In this document: positions 53,001 to 63,485 of the stretch, in pieces
How the letters are laid out: each line of letters begins with the position of its first letter
How positions within the stretch are numbered: the stretch's first letter is position 1
From: a virus
Taxonomy: Duplodnaviria; Caudoviricetes
Virus record (IMG/VR): IMGVR_UViG_3300033273_000282
Location: 64,001-128,000 of that record
Length of the DNA: 64,000 nt
Strand: one strand, 5' to 3'
Program-made: the position numbers and the translations under genes
The notes under the pieces: model-generated
Seen by the model: only the letters and a program-made list of their open reading frames with translations
Told to the model about the DNA's origin: nothing
Databases searched by the model: none

Positions 53001-56000
53001 ATACATGTACAATCCCAAGAAGCTTCGCTTCTTACTGAAGGATAACGTCAGCGACGGAAACAACTCAGAACTCAATCCAACTAGACACTCACCTATTATT
53101 GGTTGGGCTTTTGATGGTCATCCCATCTATGGTCCTTACGGATACGCTGATAAAGAGAATAAAAACCCATTCAACCAATACAAGCAGATGGTTTCCAGCT
53201 ATAGGCTGAGAACCAACAGAGATGCGCTTGTACAAGGTTTAACTGACCGTATGGGTACGTATATTGAAGATTACGAATATGTTGAAGGGTCTGGTGACTT
53301 GGACCGATACAACGGGCGTTATTGCGTAACACCAGAATTTCCTAATGGCGTATACGCATACTTCTGTGCCATTGATGGTACAACTGGTAATCCCAAGTTC
53401 CCATACTTTATTGGTCCAGAATTCTACTCACAAGCAGACAGCATTAACTGGACAGGTAATGGTCTTCAGCGCCTCTTCACTGAAGACGCTGTACGTTACA
53501 AGGCTCCATATATTGCCGTTGATGAAGCCGTTGTTAGAAGAAAATATCTTGGGGAAGGAACTGAGTTCCTGTTGGCAATGGAAGATGCCACAACTCCCAT
53601 TGTTCTTGAAAACTACGCCAACAATAACACGGAACCTGTATATATTGTATTTGACGATGTTGGTATTGGATACTATGATTACTTCCCAACAATCAAGGGT
53701 GGTAAGACTGATTCTCTGTATGTTTCGGCTACAAACAGATACTTCTCCGAAGGTATTGACCAGTACCTGATCGAAGGTGCTGGATTTGGATATAAAGTCA
53801 ATGATAGACTTATATTTGACGAGACTGGCACTGGAGGCAGTGGCATTTCTGCTCGTGTTGGTAGAATTACTGGCGAAACTGTAAGTGGCATGACTTACTC
53901 CGTCAATCCCGACACTGATGTAATCACAGCAACCATTACAACTGAAAGTGACCACTTTATCAAGCCAGATGAATTTATTGATGTCACTATCACAGACAAT
54001 TATGTCAATGAAGACATCAAGGTCAAGATCATCAACGATAAGTACCACTTTAGCTATTTTGACGCTACTGACTATCGCCAAAGCAGCCCAGGTAGACTTC
54101 AGCAAGGTGATCTAACTATTACTGGCGGTCAAGATTATCTAAACGGCACTTATAACAATATTCGCCTCAGTGGTGGATCTGGCGAAGGTGCTATTGCTAA
54201 TATCATCGTTACTGGCGGAGCAGTCACCAATGTAACTATTACCGACCAAGGTAAGAACTATCTGGACAATGATGTCCTGACAGTTAACGATGCTCAACTC
54301 GGCGGGGGCGGTGGATCTGGCTTTAGTATTGATGTTGGTGAAGTTCTTAAGACTGGAGAACTGATCGATCAGAACTGGACCATTTTTGCTGGTAGTGGAT
54401 ACACTACAGGTGTATACTATAACGTTCCACTGTTCAATGGTCAGTCTTCTGGTGAAGGTGCTGAGTTTACTATTACAGTTAACAACAACCAAGAAGTTTC
54501 TAGTGTTGTTCTAACTAAGGCGGGTTCTGGATACAGAGCTGGAGAACCATTGACTGCCAACAATCTTGATATCGGTAATGGCAATGGTTTCACTCTTACA
54601 CCAACACAAGTTTCGATTGAATATACCCTAAGAGCCAGTGCTGCTCACAATCTTAAGGTTGGCGATACTGTTGTTATCACAAACAGCAATCCCGCTGAGT
54701 ATGATGGTACTTTTGTTGTTACAGGTACTTCTACTCAGAGAAGATTCCAATTTAAGAATCCAACAAGCCAGTTTGTTCCCAACGAAGCAATTCCAACAAC
54801 TACAGTCATTTACTGTAGGGAACCTAACCTTAATCTGATCAACGGACACGCTTACACCTTTGATACTTCTGATACCTCTAATACAGATAGAAGACTGGAG
54901 TTCACCTTCGATAAGGAGAATACCAATATCTTCACCTACAAGAATATCACCGATGTAGATAATGACCCTGTAACTGGACAACAACTGTCCACTCAGGTTC
55001 TCATTAAGGACATTCCTGGCACACTGTTCTATTTTGATATCAACGGCAACGTTGACGGTAGCTTCTTCAGCGTAATCCAAGATCCTTACATCGGATCGAA
55101 TACGGTCACATCTGTAACTGCTACAACTGTATCATTTGTACTTCCAAATGAGCCTGACTCTGGATATGCTAAGAGCAATGGTGTAATCTACTCTACAAGT
55201 TCCATTTACCCAAGCGGCGGTATCGCTTCTATCAATATTGGTGACAAAGGTAGAAACTATTCCACTCTTCCCAAATTCACCAGTGTTACTAGATCTGGTA
55301 ACGGTGCTACTGCTACATGTACTATTTCTGGTTTTGTAGAAGACGTTGCTGTTATTGAAAATGGAACTGGTTACGAATCTAGCCAACCACCCTCTGTATA
55401 CTGCTCACTTCCAGATTTTGTAGATCTTACCCTCGATAAAGTCTTTGGTACTTTCTCCACAGGTGATGTTGTCACCTCGGAGCAAGTCCTCACTGGAGAT
55501 AGTGCTCGTGGTAAGGTAATTAGCTGGGATGCTAACACATCGACTCTCAGAGTTCAACCCCTGAGAAATAATATTACTGGTGCTACAGATCGTGGCTTCC
55601 TGATGTTCAACCAAGGAATTGCTGCTCGTAAGAACGTCTTTAGTGGTCCAAACCAAGCAGAAATTACTAACGTTGTTGGTACACAGGCAACTGTTGCTGC
55701 TATTGTTCCTGCTTCTGGTCCTGAACTTGGTACTATCTCTAACATTGCTATTAACAATAGCGGTAGTCATTATAGAAAGGCACCTACAATTTACATTGAT
55801 GATCCTTACTATGGTGGCGTCAAAGCAGTTACTATCACCAATCAGAACACTTCTGCCAATTTCCAAGCTGGCACATACACTGGAGTAACTCAAAAATCCG
55901 TCGCACCTACTGGTGGTATTGGCGTTGAGTTTACAGTAGTAGTTGACGCTGCTACATTTGACATCACTTCGGTGACGGTGGAGAGTGGCGATGAGGGTAG

Positions 56001-59000
56001 TACATATTCTCTTGGTGACCTGATCACAATCTCTGGTGCCCAAATCACTGGTGGTGTTGATGGTACTGATGACTTTGTTGTGTCAGTTAGCGAACTGAAG
56101 TTTGTAAGACCTGCTCAAACTTCTACTACAATTAACGCATCTATTGATGAAGTTAAGCTGACCAGTGCTGGTTCTGGTTATTTGTCTGCTCCAGATGTCA
56201 CTATCTCTGGCGGTACTGGTATCGATGCAGTATTGAGAGCCGAAATTGTAGATGAATCTGTAACTAAAATTATTATTGAGAATGCTGGTTCTAAGTTCCA
56301 GAATGCTCCAATTATTGCTATTAGACAAGAAATAGGTAGAGGTGCTTCTATCTTGCTGAAATCTAGTAACCTCGGTAAGATCATCAACCTCGGTGGTGAC
56401 AACATCACCTACAACTATTCCCACGATAGAACCCTTAAACCAGAGGTTAATACCACCTACAACCTTCAATTGGTTAGAACTCAGATTGTTGACTTCTTCA
56501 CTGTAACTAACGGTGGATATTCCTTTGTTTCCACACCAACTATTGAGTTTGTTGGTGGTGGTGGATCTGGCTTTGAAGCAAAGGTAAATGTAGATAACGA
56601 AGTTATCCAAAGCATTGACGTAGTAAACCCAGGTAAGGGTTTCTCATCCACACCCGATGTTCTGGCTAGAGTTACTCACCAGTTTACACCACTAACTTCC
56701 AATAGCACTCTCAACTTCCCATACAATACTAAAATTCCTACAGGAACTAAAGTTACTTTGGTGGAAGTTGATGGAACTCTTCCAGCTCCACTTCTGACTG
56801 ATACTACTTACTACGCAATTGCTCCAACTACAGCAAACGGACTTGGTTCTAACCAGATGCTGCTTGCTACCACTTTGGCTAACGCAGTTAGTGGCAGTGC
56901 GATCACATTGACAGGCGTAGCTTCCGTTGGTAATGGAGGCACTGCTACTTTCCAACTTACAACTACGGACCTGGGAGACAATATCAGTGTCACATTGACA
57001 CCAGCATCTTTTGCTGTTGGTGAAAAAGTTTACCAAGGTGTTTCTACTGCTTCCTTCAATGCTGTCGGTATTGTTAAGGCATGGGATCCATTTGGTAGAA
57101 TTCTTTCGGTCGAAGTTCAGTCTGGCGAATTTGAACTCAACCAACCAGTCTTCGGTCTTGAAACTAAGGCATTTGGTGAGATTCACGACTTCGATAAAGC
57201 AGACGCTACTTTCCAAGTTTCTCCAATCGCTACTGCTACGGCTCAATTCAAGAGAACCACTGGTATTCTTGATCTTAATGAGCAGCGTTTGTATGACTCG
57301 GATAGATTCCAAGAATTCTCTTATGTTGTAAGTTCCCCCATCAACGTAAAAGAATGGAAGAACCAATTTAAGAAAACAGCACACCCTGCTGGATTTAAGG
57401 TTCTTGGTACTCAGATTATCTCTCAAACAGCGTTTAAGAGATACAACGCATCCTCCTTCTACAACCCAGCAAACCCAGATCCAAACAACTGGTGGGTACA
57501 AAGAACTGGAAATGAGTACCAATCCTTTAATGGAACCACGTTCTTTACTCCTAAGCCTTCTGCTTCTAACGCTGGTAAACTTTCTACCATCCAGAACTAC
57601 TTCATGGGCAAGCCAGACTATACAGCGTCTGTCCCAACCAATGTTCTAGTCGAAGGTAAGCAACTTCTGGATATCCAGAGAATCCTTAGCGCAATCGTCA
57701 ATAAGCTTGACAAGATTGAAAGCAGAACTATCACATTTGACGGTTCCGACAGCAATGTCGTTGTTACTGCTAGCGATCAACTTGCTGTAACTAACCACGG
57801 TTTCATTACTGGTCAAAAGGCAAATTACTCTGCTCCTGCTGACAGATATCAGGATGCTAGAGAACTGATCCTTCAGAACATCGACTATATTATTGACCAA
57901 TCTGTTCAGTATCTGGAAGCACAGTATCCTGCCCTGACGGATGGTACTAAGCCAGATTATGATAGAACTATCTGTGCTCGTGACTTGAGACTGGTAGTTG
58001 TTGCTTGGTGTAATGACCTCCGCTTTGGTGGCAACGCTTTTACTTGGGATGCTGTACAAGAATATATTGGTGGAGTCGGTACTATTGGTAACCGATATGC
58101 CAACGCTAGACAGAGCATCCTGGATAACAAGAAACTGATTGCTGAGGAAGCAGTCGGTAGAATGCTTGCTGATCCAAATAACATCGCATTTACGGTTCCC
58201 ACGGGAAACAATCAAGATTGTATTGATGACGTTATTGACGTTCTGGAAGCACTCGCTTATAACCTGTCATTTGGCGGAAACAGCGAGGTATACGATGCTG
58301 CTAACCTGTACATCACAGGAGCACACGTATCTGGTGAAGAAACTCAGACAGTTGAGGTATTCAACTACGCTAGAGACATGGCAATCCAAGCCATGCAGAA
58401 CTACCCAATCAATCCAACCTATACAGGAGAATCTCAAGTATTTGACCTTACTATCACTAAGGATCCTGCTGGTTACATTAGTGACAGACATGCTGATGCT
58501 AGAGATCTAATTCTCGCAAATAAGACTCAGATTGCGGTTACTGCTGTTGACAGAATGCTGGCTAACTTCCCAGTATTCTCTGTTCCAACTGGCAGAACTA
58601 ACTGTGAGGATGACATTGTAGATATCCTTGAAGCAGTTGCCGAGAACATGTCTCGCGGTGGCAACGACGAAGTTTGGGATGCCGCAAACTACTATGTCAC
58701 AGGAACACACATCCTGGGTGAAGAAGTAGAGTCCGTCTATGCTGTAGAGCAAGCAAGAGACATTGCTGTTTTGGTAATCCAAAACAAGGTTGTTAGTGAC
58801 ATGGCGGGTCAGGTATTTGATCTGACAATTACCGACGACACTGCTCCTCCTGACCAACCAGGCTATGTTAAGTGTGCTACTCAGGTAGCTGCCATCAATA
58901 CTTTGATGGATATGGTTACTGCTGCCATTCAGGCACCTCTGTCGCATCTTATTTCTAACAGAACTGAAAAGACTGGTGGTTATGTCGCATCCTGCCAGAA

Positions 59001-62000
59001 CGTTGCTAGCAGCATCACATCTCTGATGTCTATCGTAACCGATGCTGTTGCTTCTGGCGCTAACGGTCCATTCGCTAACATCACAAGAACTGTTCCTAAC
59101 AACAGCATCTACCATATCGGTGGAGAGGAAGAAGAGACTATCGTTGCTATTCAATATGCTAGAGATCTGGCTAAGCAAGCAGTTGTCAATCAACTCCCAT
59201 ACACTGATATTACGATTACCCTTGACATTGGTGGTTGTGCCGACGTTAAGTCCACGATTGATACCTTAGCTCAAGTTGTTTGGGGTGGTATTGATAATCC
59301 TTCCAGTATTCCCGATAGAAACCCAGGTTACTATCCAGAGGTTGCCAATTCTACTCCTATCGGCGGTCTAAACGCTGGTGAAGACTACTACATCATCAGA
59401 GTCGATGATGACAACCTTAAATTGGCAACAACTAAAGCTAATGCTCTTGCTGGTACCGCAGTTCCTCTGACTGGACTTTCAACTGGCGAGAAACACAAAC
59501 TGATTGTCGCATTCGACGATGAAACAACTGATTATCAGTTAAGATTTAGAGATGCTGCGGTAACACCACAAAACAAGAATCAGTTGATGGTTGTCATCAA
59601 CGGTATTGTTCAAAACCCCGTTTCCTACAGTGTATCTGGTAGCACGCTCACATTTACTGAGCCTCCTATCAAAAACTCTGTTTGTATCATCATGTACTAT
59701 CAACGTGCTGATATTAGCGGTAACTTCCAACTGGATGTCTTCGGTGATGTTATTACTTCGCTGAATACTACAGATGGCATCTATCAGGGCAGTGGTTATA
59801 CCGCTGGTGTTTATAATGCTGTTCCTCTGATCAATAAGCGTGGTAACACTGGTAGTGGTGCTACTGCCGACATTACAATCACCAATGTTCTCGATACGGC
59901 TACTAACGTAACCGCTGATAGATTTGGCGATGCTCGTGTACTGATCAACAACAACGCAGTTCTCATCGCAGATGTTGCTGTTGGTTTGATGAACAAGTTT
60001 GGTACTCCTGTAGCGAATCGTTTCGCTGATGCCGCTACTCTGATCACAACCAATAAGAACTTCATCGCTAACGAAGCCGTTGAGCGTATGCTGCTTGACA
60101 TTCCTTATGAGGTTCAGAGCAACAGACACTTTGACGCATACAACACAATCCTCGCTAATAAGAACCTGCTGGCACACGAAGCTTATCACCTGATGAGCAC
60201 CGTAGACTTCCCTGGTTTCACAACCCCAACAGGTGATCCTCAGGATTGTATTGATGACCTTCTGGACATCGTAGATGCTGTAGCATTTAACGTTCTCCAT
60301 GGTGCTAACAATAAAGTCTGGGATGCTGCCAATTATTACGTTGGCACAACCCACATTGATGGCGAAGAACAAGAAACTCTTGCTGCTATTGCCAGACTTG
60401 AAGAACTGATGGAACTGGCTATCGATAACCAGACAATTACCATCAGTGGTTCTCATGGATACACCCAGACGATCGATAGCGGAATCACCAACGTATCTGG
60501 CGGTTGTACAAACGTAATCGCTGGTGTCAATACTCTGATCAATATCATTGAGTTGGCAATCCAAACAGATCTGATGACTCATGCCACCAGAACTGAACCC
60601 GCTGCTTTCACTGTACCTAATGGCAATATCAACTGTATTGATGACGTTGTTGATGTTATGGAAGCGCTTTCCATCAATGTCAAGTATGGCTCTAACAGCG
60701 AGATCTATGATGCTGCTGCTTACTACGTAGGCACCTCACATCTGGATGGGGAAGAAATTCACTCTAAGTACGTTTATAGAGAAGCAACCAAAATTGCTAA
60801 GGAAGTAATCGACAATACTTCTGTTACCGTTCGCGGTAGTCATGGCATTGCTCAGGTTACAGATTCTAGCATCACTAACGTTGTTGGTGGTTGTACAAAC
60901 GTAACTGCTGCGATTGATACTCTGATGAACATCATCGAAGTTGCGATCGACACCGATTCCCTCTCTACATTTACTAGAACTGCTCCTACTGGATTTAACT
61001 CTCCTGGTATTGGTGATGCTCAGTGTAAATCTGACACTGTTGATATCCTGCGTGCTGTTGGCGTTAACGTAGCATTCGGTGGTAACCACATTCTGTGGGA
61101 TAACCTCGATATGTACTTCAATGGAGGTCATGTACAGGGTGAAGAAGCCGAGACTCAATACGTGTTTGAAGAAGCACGTCAGATGGTCAAGAAGGCAATT
61201 AACAATGAAACTTATGAGACCTATCCACAGTATAACTTCAGCACAAGAAGTCAGTATAAAGATCCTAGCATTACTTCAATTTCTGGCGGTTGTACAAATG
61301 TAATTTCTGCTATTGAAACCCTGATGGATTTTGCCTACACCGTTATCGGTCAGGGCAACTTTAATACCTTTACTAGAACTGTTGGTCAGTGTGGTGATGG
61401 TTATGAAAATTCTCCAACAATCACTCAATCTGGATACACTGCTGCTGTTGACGGTGAAGTTACTGCGGTTCTGTCTGCTGAAGGCTTCATTAAGAGCATC
61501 GCAGTTAACCAAGCAGGAGTTGGATACACCAATGCTCCAACTGTTGTAATTAAGTCTAACAGCGGTTTCAATGCCACTGCTACTGCTACAGTTTCTGGTG
61601 GTGCGGTCACTGGAATCAATGTTACTTACGGTGGATATGGTTATGATGATGTTGTTGTCGAACTGATACCAAACCCAGCAGACACAATTACAACTACCGC
61701 TCTGGCTTCTGCTACCGTCGGTAGATTTATCGAACGCCTTGAGGTTCAACTTACAGGTAAAGACTACAACCAAGCACCTACCCTGACATTCACTGGTGGC
61801 AATCCAACAACTGCTGCTACCAATCCTATTGCTAGACTCACAGGTGCCGTTACCGATATAACTCTGGTTAGCGGTGGTTCTGGTTACCTCAATACCGACA
61901 TGCTTGGCGTTGACGCTGCTGACGTTGGTGGCACTGTCGTCAACTCCTTCCAAGTTGAAGTTGGCACAGTTACCTTCGATGGCGTACAGACTGCGTTCAA

Positions 62001-63390
62001 CGCTAAAGTTGGTGGCACTGGATATAACCTGCCAGGTAACGATAGATTCCTGCTGTTCCTCAACTCTCACATTCAGGAACTGGGTGTTTCCTACTCCTAC
62101 ACAGGAACTCCTTCTGTAATCACATTTACAGAAGCTCCTCTGGGCAACATGGACTTCTACTGCTTCTACGTTGGTCAGTTGAGAGATCTGGATCCTATTG
62201 CTCCATTCTTCGATAATACTAGAAAAACGTTCATTCTCAAGAAGAACGATCAGCCATTCTCGCTGGAATCCGATTCACCTGCTGTTATCCCAGCAAACAA
62301 CTTGATCATCTTCCTGAATGGTGTGTATCAAGAACCAGAAGTCTCCTATATTCTTAACGGTTCCATCCTGGAATTCACCGAGGCACCAAGAGCAGGTTCT
62401 GAGTGTCTGATCTTTATCTTCACTGGTTCCGACACTGATATCACTGTTGAGGATACTTACAACAGCGTTGACCCAGGTGACCTGTTGAGAATCGATTCGG
62501 AAGGTCAAGATCGTATCTTGGCTCAAATCGCATCCTCCAGTTCGCTCGAAACATACGAGTACACTGGTCTCCAACCATCAGTTGCTTCTTTTGAGTCTGT
62601 AGTTGTTGGGGGTAAGGTTGTCAAGGTTAACATTATTGATCCTGGTGGCAACTATGAATACCCACCATTCCTCTCCTTCAATGGCGGTGGTGGCACTGGC
62701 GCTAGCGCTAGAACAGTTATTGAGCAAGGTAGCGGTAAGGTTATTGATGTAATCGACCTTAAGGGTGGTTCAAATTACATCAACGCCCCAACCGTACAAA
62801 CCTTCCATCCAGTTGCTGTCGAAAGAACGCAAAGAGATCGCGCCATTTCTAATGGTAGATTCCTCTATAGCGCAATTCTTTCTTCCTCGATTACAGATAT
62901 CGCAACTACCATTCCTTGCCAAGACTTTGGCTATGATGCTGGTGAAGGTTTCCCAAGTAACGGTGAAATTATGATCCCTTACTGGAATGGTAGCAATTGG
63001 AGTGTTGAAAGAATTCTTTATGGTACTGTTGATTACAATGCTAATACATTCACAGTAACTACTAATGGTAGAGGTTATAAGCGCACTGGTCCTAGCCTGG
63101 GTGTTGGTCACAATATCAGCATCGAGAATGGCACATGGAGCGCAAATGGTGTTGTAGTTTCTGTAAGCATGTCTAATGATCACCATCTCCAGACTGGTAT
63201 GGAAAGGTACATTAAGTTTACCTCTGGTGGTGCTGTACCTGGAGGTGGTGGTGCTACTTACAGTAATCTTGACGGTGTATACAAAATCACCAGAACAGGA
63301 GATCAAACCTTTACAATCACCACGACCGTGCCTCTCCAAGAGACTAGTCAAACACTCCAGATTCGTCCTATCGTCAGACTCTACGCATAA
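50047..63390 (+). CDS. gp7: Giant baseplate wedge initiator gp7-like protein (4447 aa)
   Basis: EEFLPQFIREDYPDFIQFLKYYY, IKDFYAAKGT..SFKYL.RVLFG, HPAGFK; many I.V...G.GY...P.V repeats; lies between gp6 and gp8. Confidence 0.88.
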   Translation: MAVERSSWRVASWQTPSTQVGVSPIDATVSPEVKDRISDRVEEFLPQFIREDYPDFIQFLKYYYRSQELKGNPLDIIGNFDDYYNIDNLNDLVESTVTSGSVSIDASIIDVQNTKDFPSEGLILIDEEIIYYREKTNTQFRGCVRGFHATTNIGLIKEYTFAESEPAEHTFQSEVINLNNFFALFILERFRTQFSESFPNKFADGIRDSSVTKRLKDFYAAKGTSRSFKYLMRVLFGVESTILYPKDRIFKPSDAYYSTREIIRAKAISGNPVELTGEVLYQDADPNDPNVGNARIYVKTVVEVFTEDGKIYELDVDTENGTGSFTTPYKTILAEDTSSNLSQDFITVDSTLGWPETKGSFRINNEVFEYDEKTVTQFLGVTRARQDTLAANHLAGSEVISAFGIYGYSNVDGSRIDIAVFGGTRGVNLTNGGKYYVQDSKVTTPAAPGFDSLDPIWSSFIYNVRKLLTGTKIELSSPDSQGRVEALITTSKPHGLRRDDKVVVLNAPEDVYNREFIVVGTANDTQFTVRLPVIPIAGVNVDFLVTREFAKSSSTDTSINLNIKDVPADIQNTYRSDTHAIVASSGLPSHQIGPFAQGIDLDPGNQRYLKRIPLTTLTKSTKTPTPVGQVGIGVNGVPFFSYKSEDFRLYGGVKEISVINAGDGYDITNPPIVEFEQLWKPGTNYFLNQRVRNSVGNRYKNLGSGKSAERGTEPTATDGSLTVDGSCLWELEGVSAEATVSVSGRVFAINVTNGGQNYTTAPTVSISGGNPTVQAAATATITSGVVTAISVTAEGSGYTSVPVVTLSGGGGSGATAEAVVRGGLEADGITITNPGSNYSERPSITLISGTGAVAYPSIVNGKIASIILTYGGKNYYGPPDVIITGDGVGAVAFAEIDSNTQQVTSIRVTNGGIGYTAGKTFVDIVYPGTGASFQVELPILNYNKAATPEEFGLTSAQMTAYKIADAASGVSIKGANFAVYGGEYGYMYNPKKLRFLLKDNVSDGNNSELNPTRHSPIIGWAFDGHPIYGPYGYADKENKNPFNQYKQMVSSYRLRTNRDALVQGLTDRMGTYIEDYEYVEGSGDLDRYNGRYCVTPEFPNGVYAYFCAIDGTTGNPKFPYFIGPEFYSQADSINWTGNGLQRLFTEDAVRYKAPYIAVDEAVVRRKYLGEGTEFLLAMEDATTPIVLENYANNNTEPVYIVFDDVGIGYYDYFPTIKGGKTDSLYVSATNRYFSEGIDQYLIEGAGFGYKVNDRLIFDETGTGGSGISARVGRITGETVSGMTYSVNPDTDVITATITTESDHFIKPDEFIDVTITDNYVNEDIKVKIINDKYHFSYFDATDYRQSSPGRLQQGDLTITGGQDYLNGTYNNIRLSGGSGEGAIANIIVTGGAVTNVTITDQGKNYLDNDVLTVNDAQLGGGGGSGFSIDVGEVLKTGELIDQNWTIFAGSGYTTGVYYNVPLFNGQSSGEGAEFTITVNNNQEVSSVVLTKAGSGYRAGEPLTANNLDIGNGNGFTLTPTQVSIEYTLRASAAHNLKVGDTVVITNSNPAEYDGTFVVTGTSTQRRFQFKNPTSQFVPNEAIPTTTVIYCREPNLNLINGHAYTFDTSDTSNTDRRLEFTFDKENTNIFTYKNITDVDNDPVTGQQLSTQVLIKDIPGTLFYFDINGNVDGSFFSVIQDPYIGSNTVTSVTATTVSFVLPNEPDSGYAKSNGVIYSTSSIYPSGGIASINIGDKGRNYSTLPKFTSVTRSGNGATATCTISGFVEDVAVIENGTGYESSQPPSVYCSLPDFVDLTLDKVFGTFSTGDVVTSEQVLTGDSARGKVISWDANTSTLRVQPLRNNITGATDRGFLMFNQGIAARKNVFSGPNQAEITNVVGTQATVAAIVPASGPELGTISNIAINNSGSHYRKAPTIYIDDPYYGGVKAVTITNQNTSANFQAGTYTGVTQKSVAPTGGIGVEFTVVVDAATFDITSVTVESGDEGSTYSLGDLITISGAQITGGVDGTDDFVVSVSELKFVRPAQTSTTINASIDEVKLTSAGSGYLSAPDVTISGGTGIDAVLRAEIVDESVTKIIIENAGSKFQNAPIIAIRQEIGRGASILLKSSNLGKIINLGGDNITYNYSHDRTLKPEVNTTYNLQLVRTQIVDFFTVTNGGYSFVSTPTIEFVGGGGSGFEAKVNVDNEVIQSIDVVNPGKGFSSTPDVLARVTHQFTPLTSNSTLNFPYNTKIPTGTKVTLVEVDGTLPAPLLTDTTYYAIAPTTANGLGSNQMLLATTLANAVSGSAITLTGVASVGNGGTATFQLTTTDLGDNISVTLTPASFAVGEKVYQGVSTASFNAVGIVKAWDPFGRILSVEVQSGEFELNQPVFGLETKAFGEIHDFDKADATFQVSPIATATAQFKRTTGILDLNEQRLYDSDRFQEFSYVVSSPINVKEWKNQFKKTAHPAGFKVLGTQIISQTAFKRYNASSFYNPANPDPNNWWVQRTGNEYQSFNGTTFFTPKPSASNAGKLSTIQNYFMGKPDYTASVPTNVLVEGKQLLDIQRILSAIVNKLDKIESRTITFDGSDSNVVVTASDQLAVTNHGFITGQKANYSAPADRYQDARELILQNIDYIIDQSVQYLEAQYPALTDGTKPDYDRTICARDLRLVVVAWCNDLRFGGNAFTWDAVQEYIGGVGTIGNRYANARQSILDNKKLIAEEAVGRMLADPNNIAFTVPTGNNQDCIDDVIDVLEALAYNLSFGGNSEVYDAANLYITGAHVSGEETQTVEVFNYARDMAIQAMQNYPINPTYTGESQVFDLTITKDPAGYISDRHADARDLILANKTQIAVTAVDRMLANFPVFSVPTGRTNCEDDIVDILEAVAENMSRGGNDEVWDAANYYVTGTHILGEEVESVYAVEQARDIAVLVIQNKVVSDMAGQVFDLTITDDTAPPDQPGYVKCATQVAAINTLMDMVTAAIQAPLSHLISNRTEKTGGYVASCQNVASSITSLMSIVTDAVASGANGPFANITRTVPNNSIYHIGGEEEETIVAIQYARDLAKQAVVNQLPYTDITITLDIGGCADVKSTIDTLAQVVWGGIDNPSSIPDRNPGYYPEVANSTPIGGLNAGEDYYIIRVDDDNLKLATTKANALAGTAVPLTGLSTGEKHKLIVAFDDETTDYQLRFRDAAVTPQNKNQLMVVINGIVQNPVSYSVSGSTLTFTEPPIKNSVCIIMYYQRADISGNFQLDVFGDVITSLNTTDGIYQGSGYTAGVYNAVPLINKRGNTGSGATADITITNVLDTATNVTADRFGDARVLINNNAVLIADVAVGLMNKFGTPVANRFADAATLITTNKNFIANEAVERMLLDIPYEVQSNRHFDAYNTILANKNLLAHEAYHLMSTVDFPGFTTPTGDPQDCIDDLLDIVDAVAFNVLHGANNKVWDAANYYVGTTHIDGEEQETLAAIARLEELMELAIDNQTITISGSHGYTQTIDSGITNVSGGCTNVIAGVNTLINIIELAIQTDLMTHATRTEPAAFTVPNGNINCIDDVVDVMEALSINVKYGSNSEIYDAAAYYVGTSHLDGEEIHSKYVYREATKIAKEVIDNTSVTVRGSHGIAQVTDSSITNVVGGCTNVTAAIDTLMNIIEVAIDTDSLSTFTRTAPTGFNSPGIGDAQCKSDTVDILRAVGVNVAFGGNHILWDNLDMYFNGGHVQGEEAETQYVFEEARQMVKKAINNETYETYPQYNFSTRSQYKDPSITSISGGCTNVISAIETLMDFAYTVIGQGNFNTFTRTVGQCGDGYENSPTITQSGYTAAVDGEVTAVLSAEGFIKSIAVNQAGVGYTNAPTVVIKSNSGFNATATATVSGGAVTGINVTYGGYGYDDVVVELIPNPADTITTTALASATVGRFIERLEVQLTGKDYNQAPTLTFTGGNPTTAATNPIARLTGAVTDITLVSGGSGYLNTDMLGVDAADVGGTVVNSFQVEVGTVTFDGVQTAFNAKVGGTGYNLPGNDRFLLFLNSHIQELGVSYSYTGTPSVITFTEAPLGNMDFYCFYVGQLRDLDPIAPFFDNTRKTFILKKNDQPFSLESDSPAVIPANNLIIFLNGVYQEPEVSYILNGSILEFTEAPRAGSECLIFIFTGSDTDITVEDTYNSVDPGDLLRIDSEGQDRILAQIASSSSLETYEYTGLQPSVASFESVVVGGKVVKVNIIDPGGNYEYPPFLSFNGGGGTGASARTVIEQGSGKVIDVIDLKGGSNYINAPTVQTFHPVAVERTQRDRAISNGRFLYSAILSSSITDIATTIPCQDFGYDAGEGFPSNGEIMIPYWNGSNWSVERILYGTVDYNANTFTVTTNGRGYKRTGPSLGVGHNISIENGTWSANGVVVSVSMSNDHHLQTGMERYIKFTSGGAVPGGGGATYSNLDGVYKITRTGDQTFTITTTVPLQETSQTLQIRPIVRLYA

Positions 63391-63458
63391 AGTAGCTAAA
63401 GCTCATCCTTGAACCCGCTACACTGTAGAGTCTACTCCTGAATCCCTTCTTTGTCAAG

Positions 63459-63466
63459 TATAAATA
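63459..63466 (+). promoter_or_regulatory. T4-type late promoter TATAAATA
   Basis: Perfect consensus 20 nt upstream of gp8. Confidence 0.85.
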
Positions 63467-63485
63467 CATCTAAAAGCTTTGTCTG

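Noticed and set aside
50179-63351. Many minus-strand ORFs within gp7 (e.g. 56692-57522, 59539-60582, 61276-62070)
   Set aside because: Antisense shadows with S/I/N-rich composition mirroring the sense codons; no RBS, promoter or motif support
50047-63390. Intein or intron explaining the size of gp7
   Set aside because: Continuous ORF; no intein-terminal (C..., HN-C/S/T) or homing-endonuclease motifs noticed; size is explained by repeats
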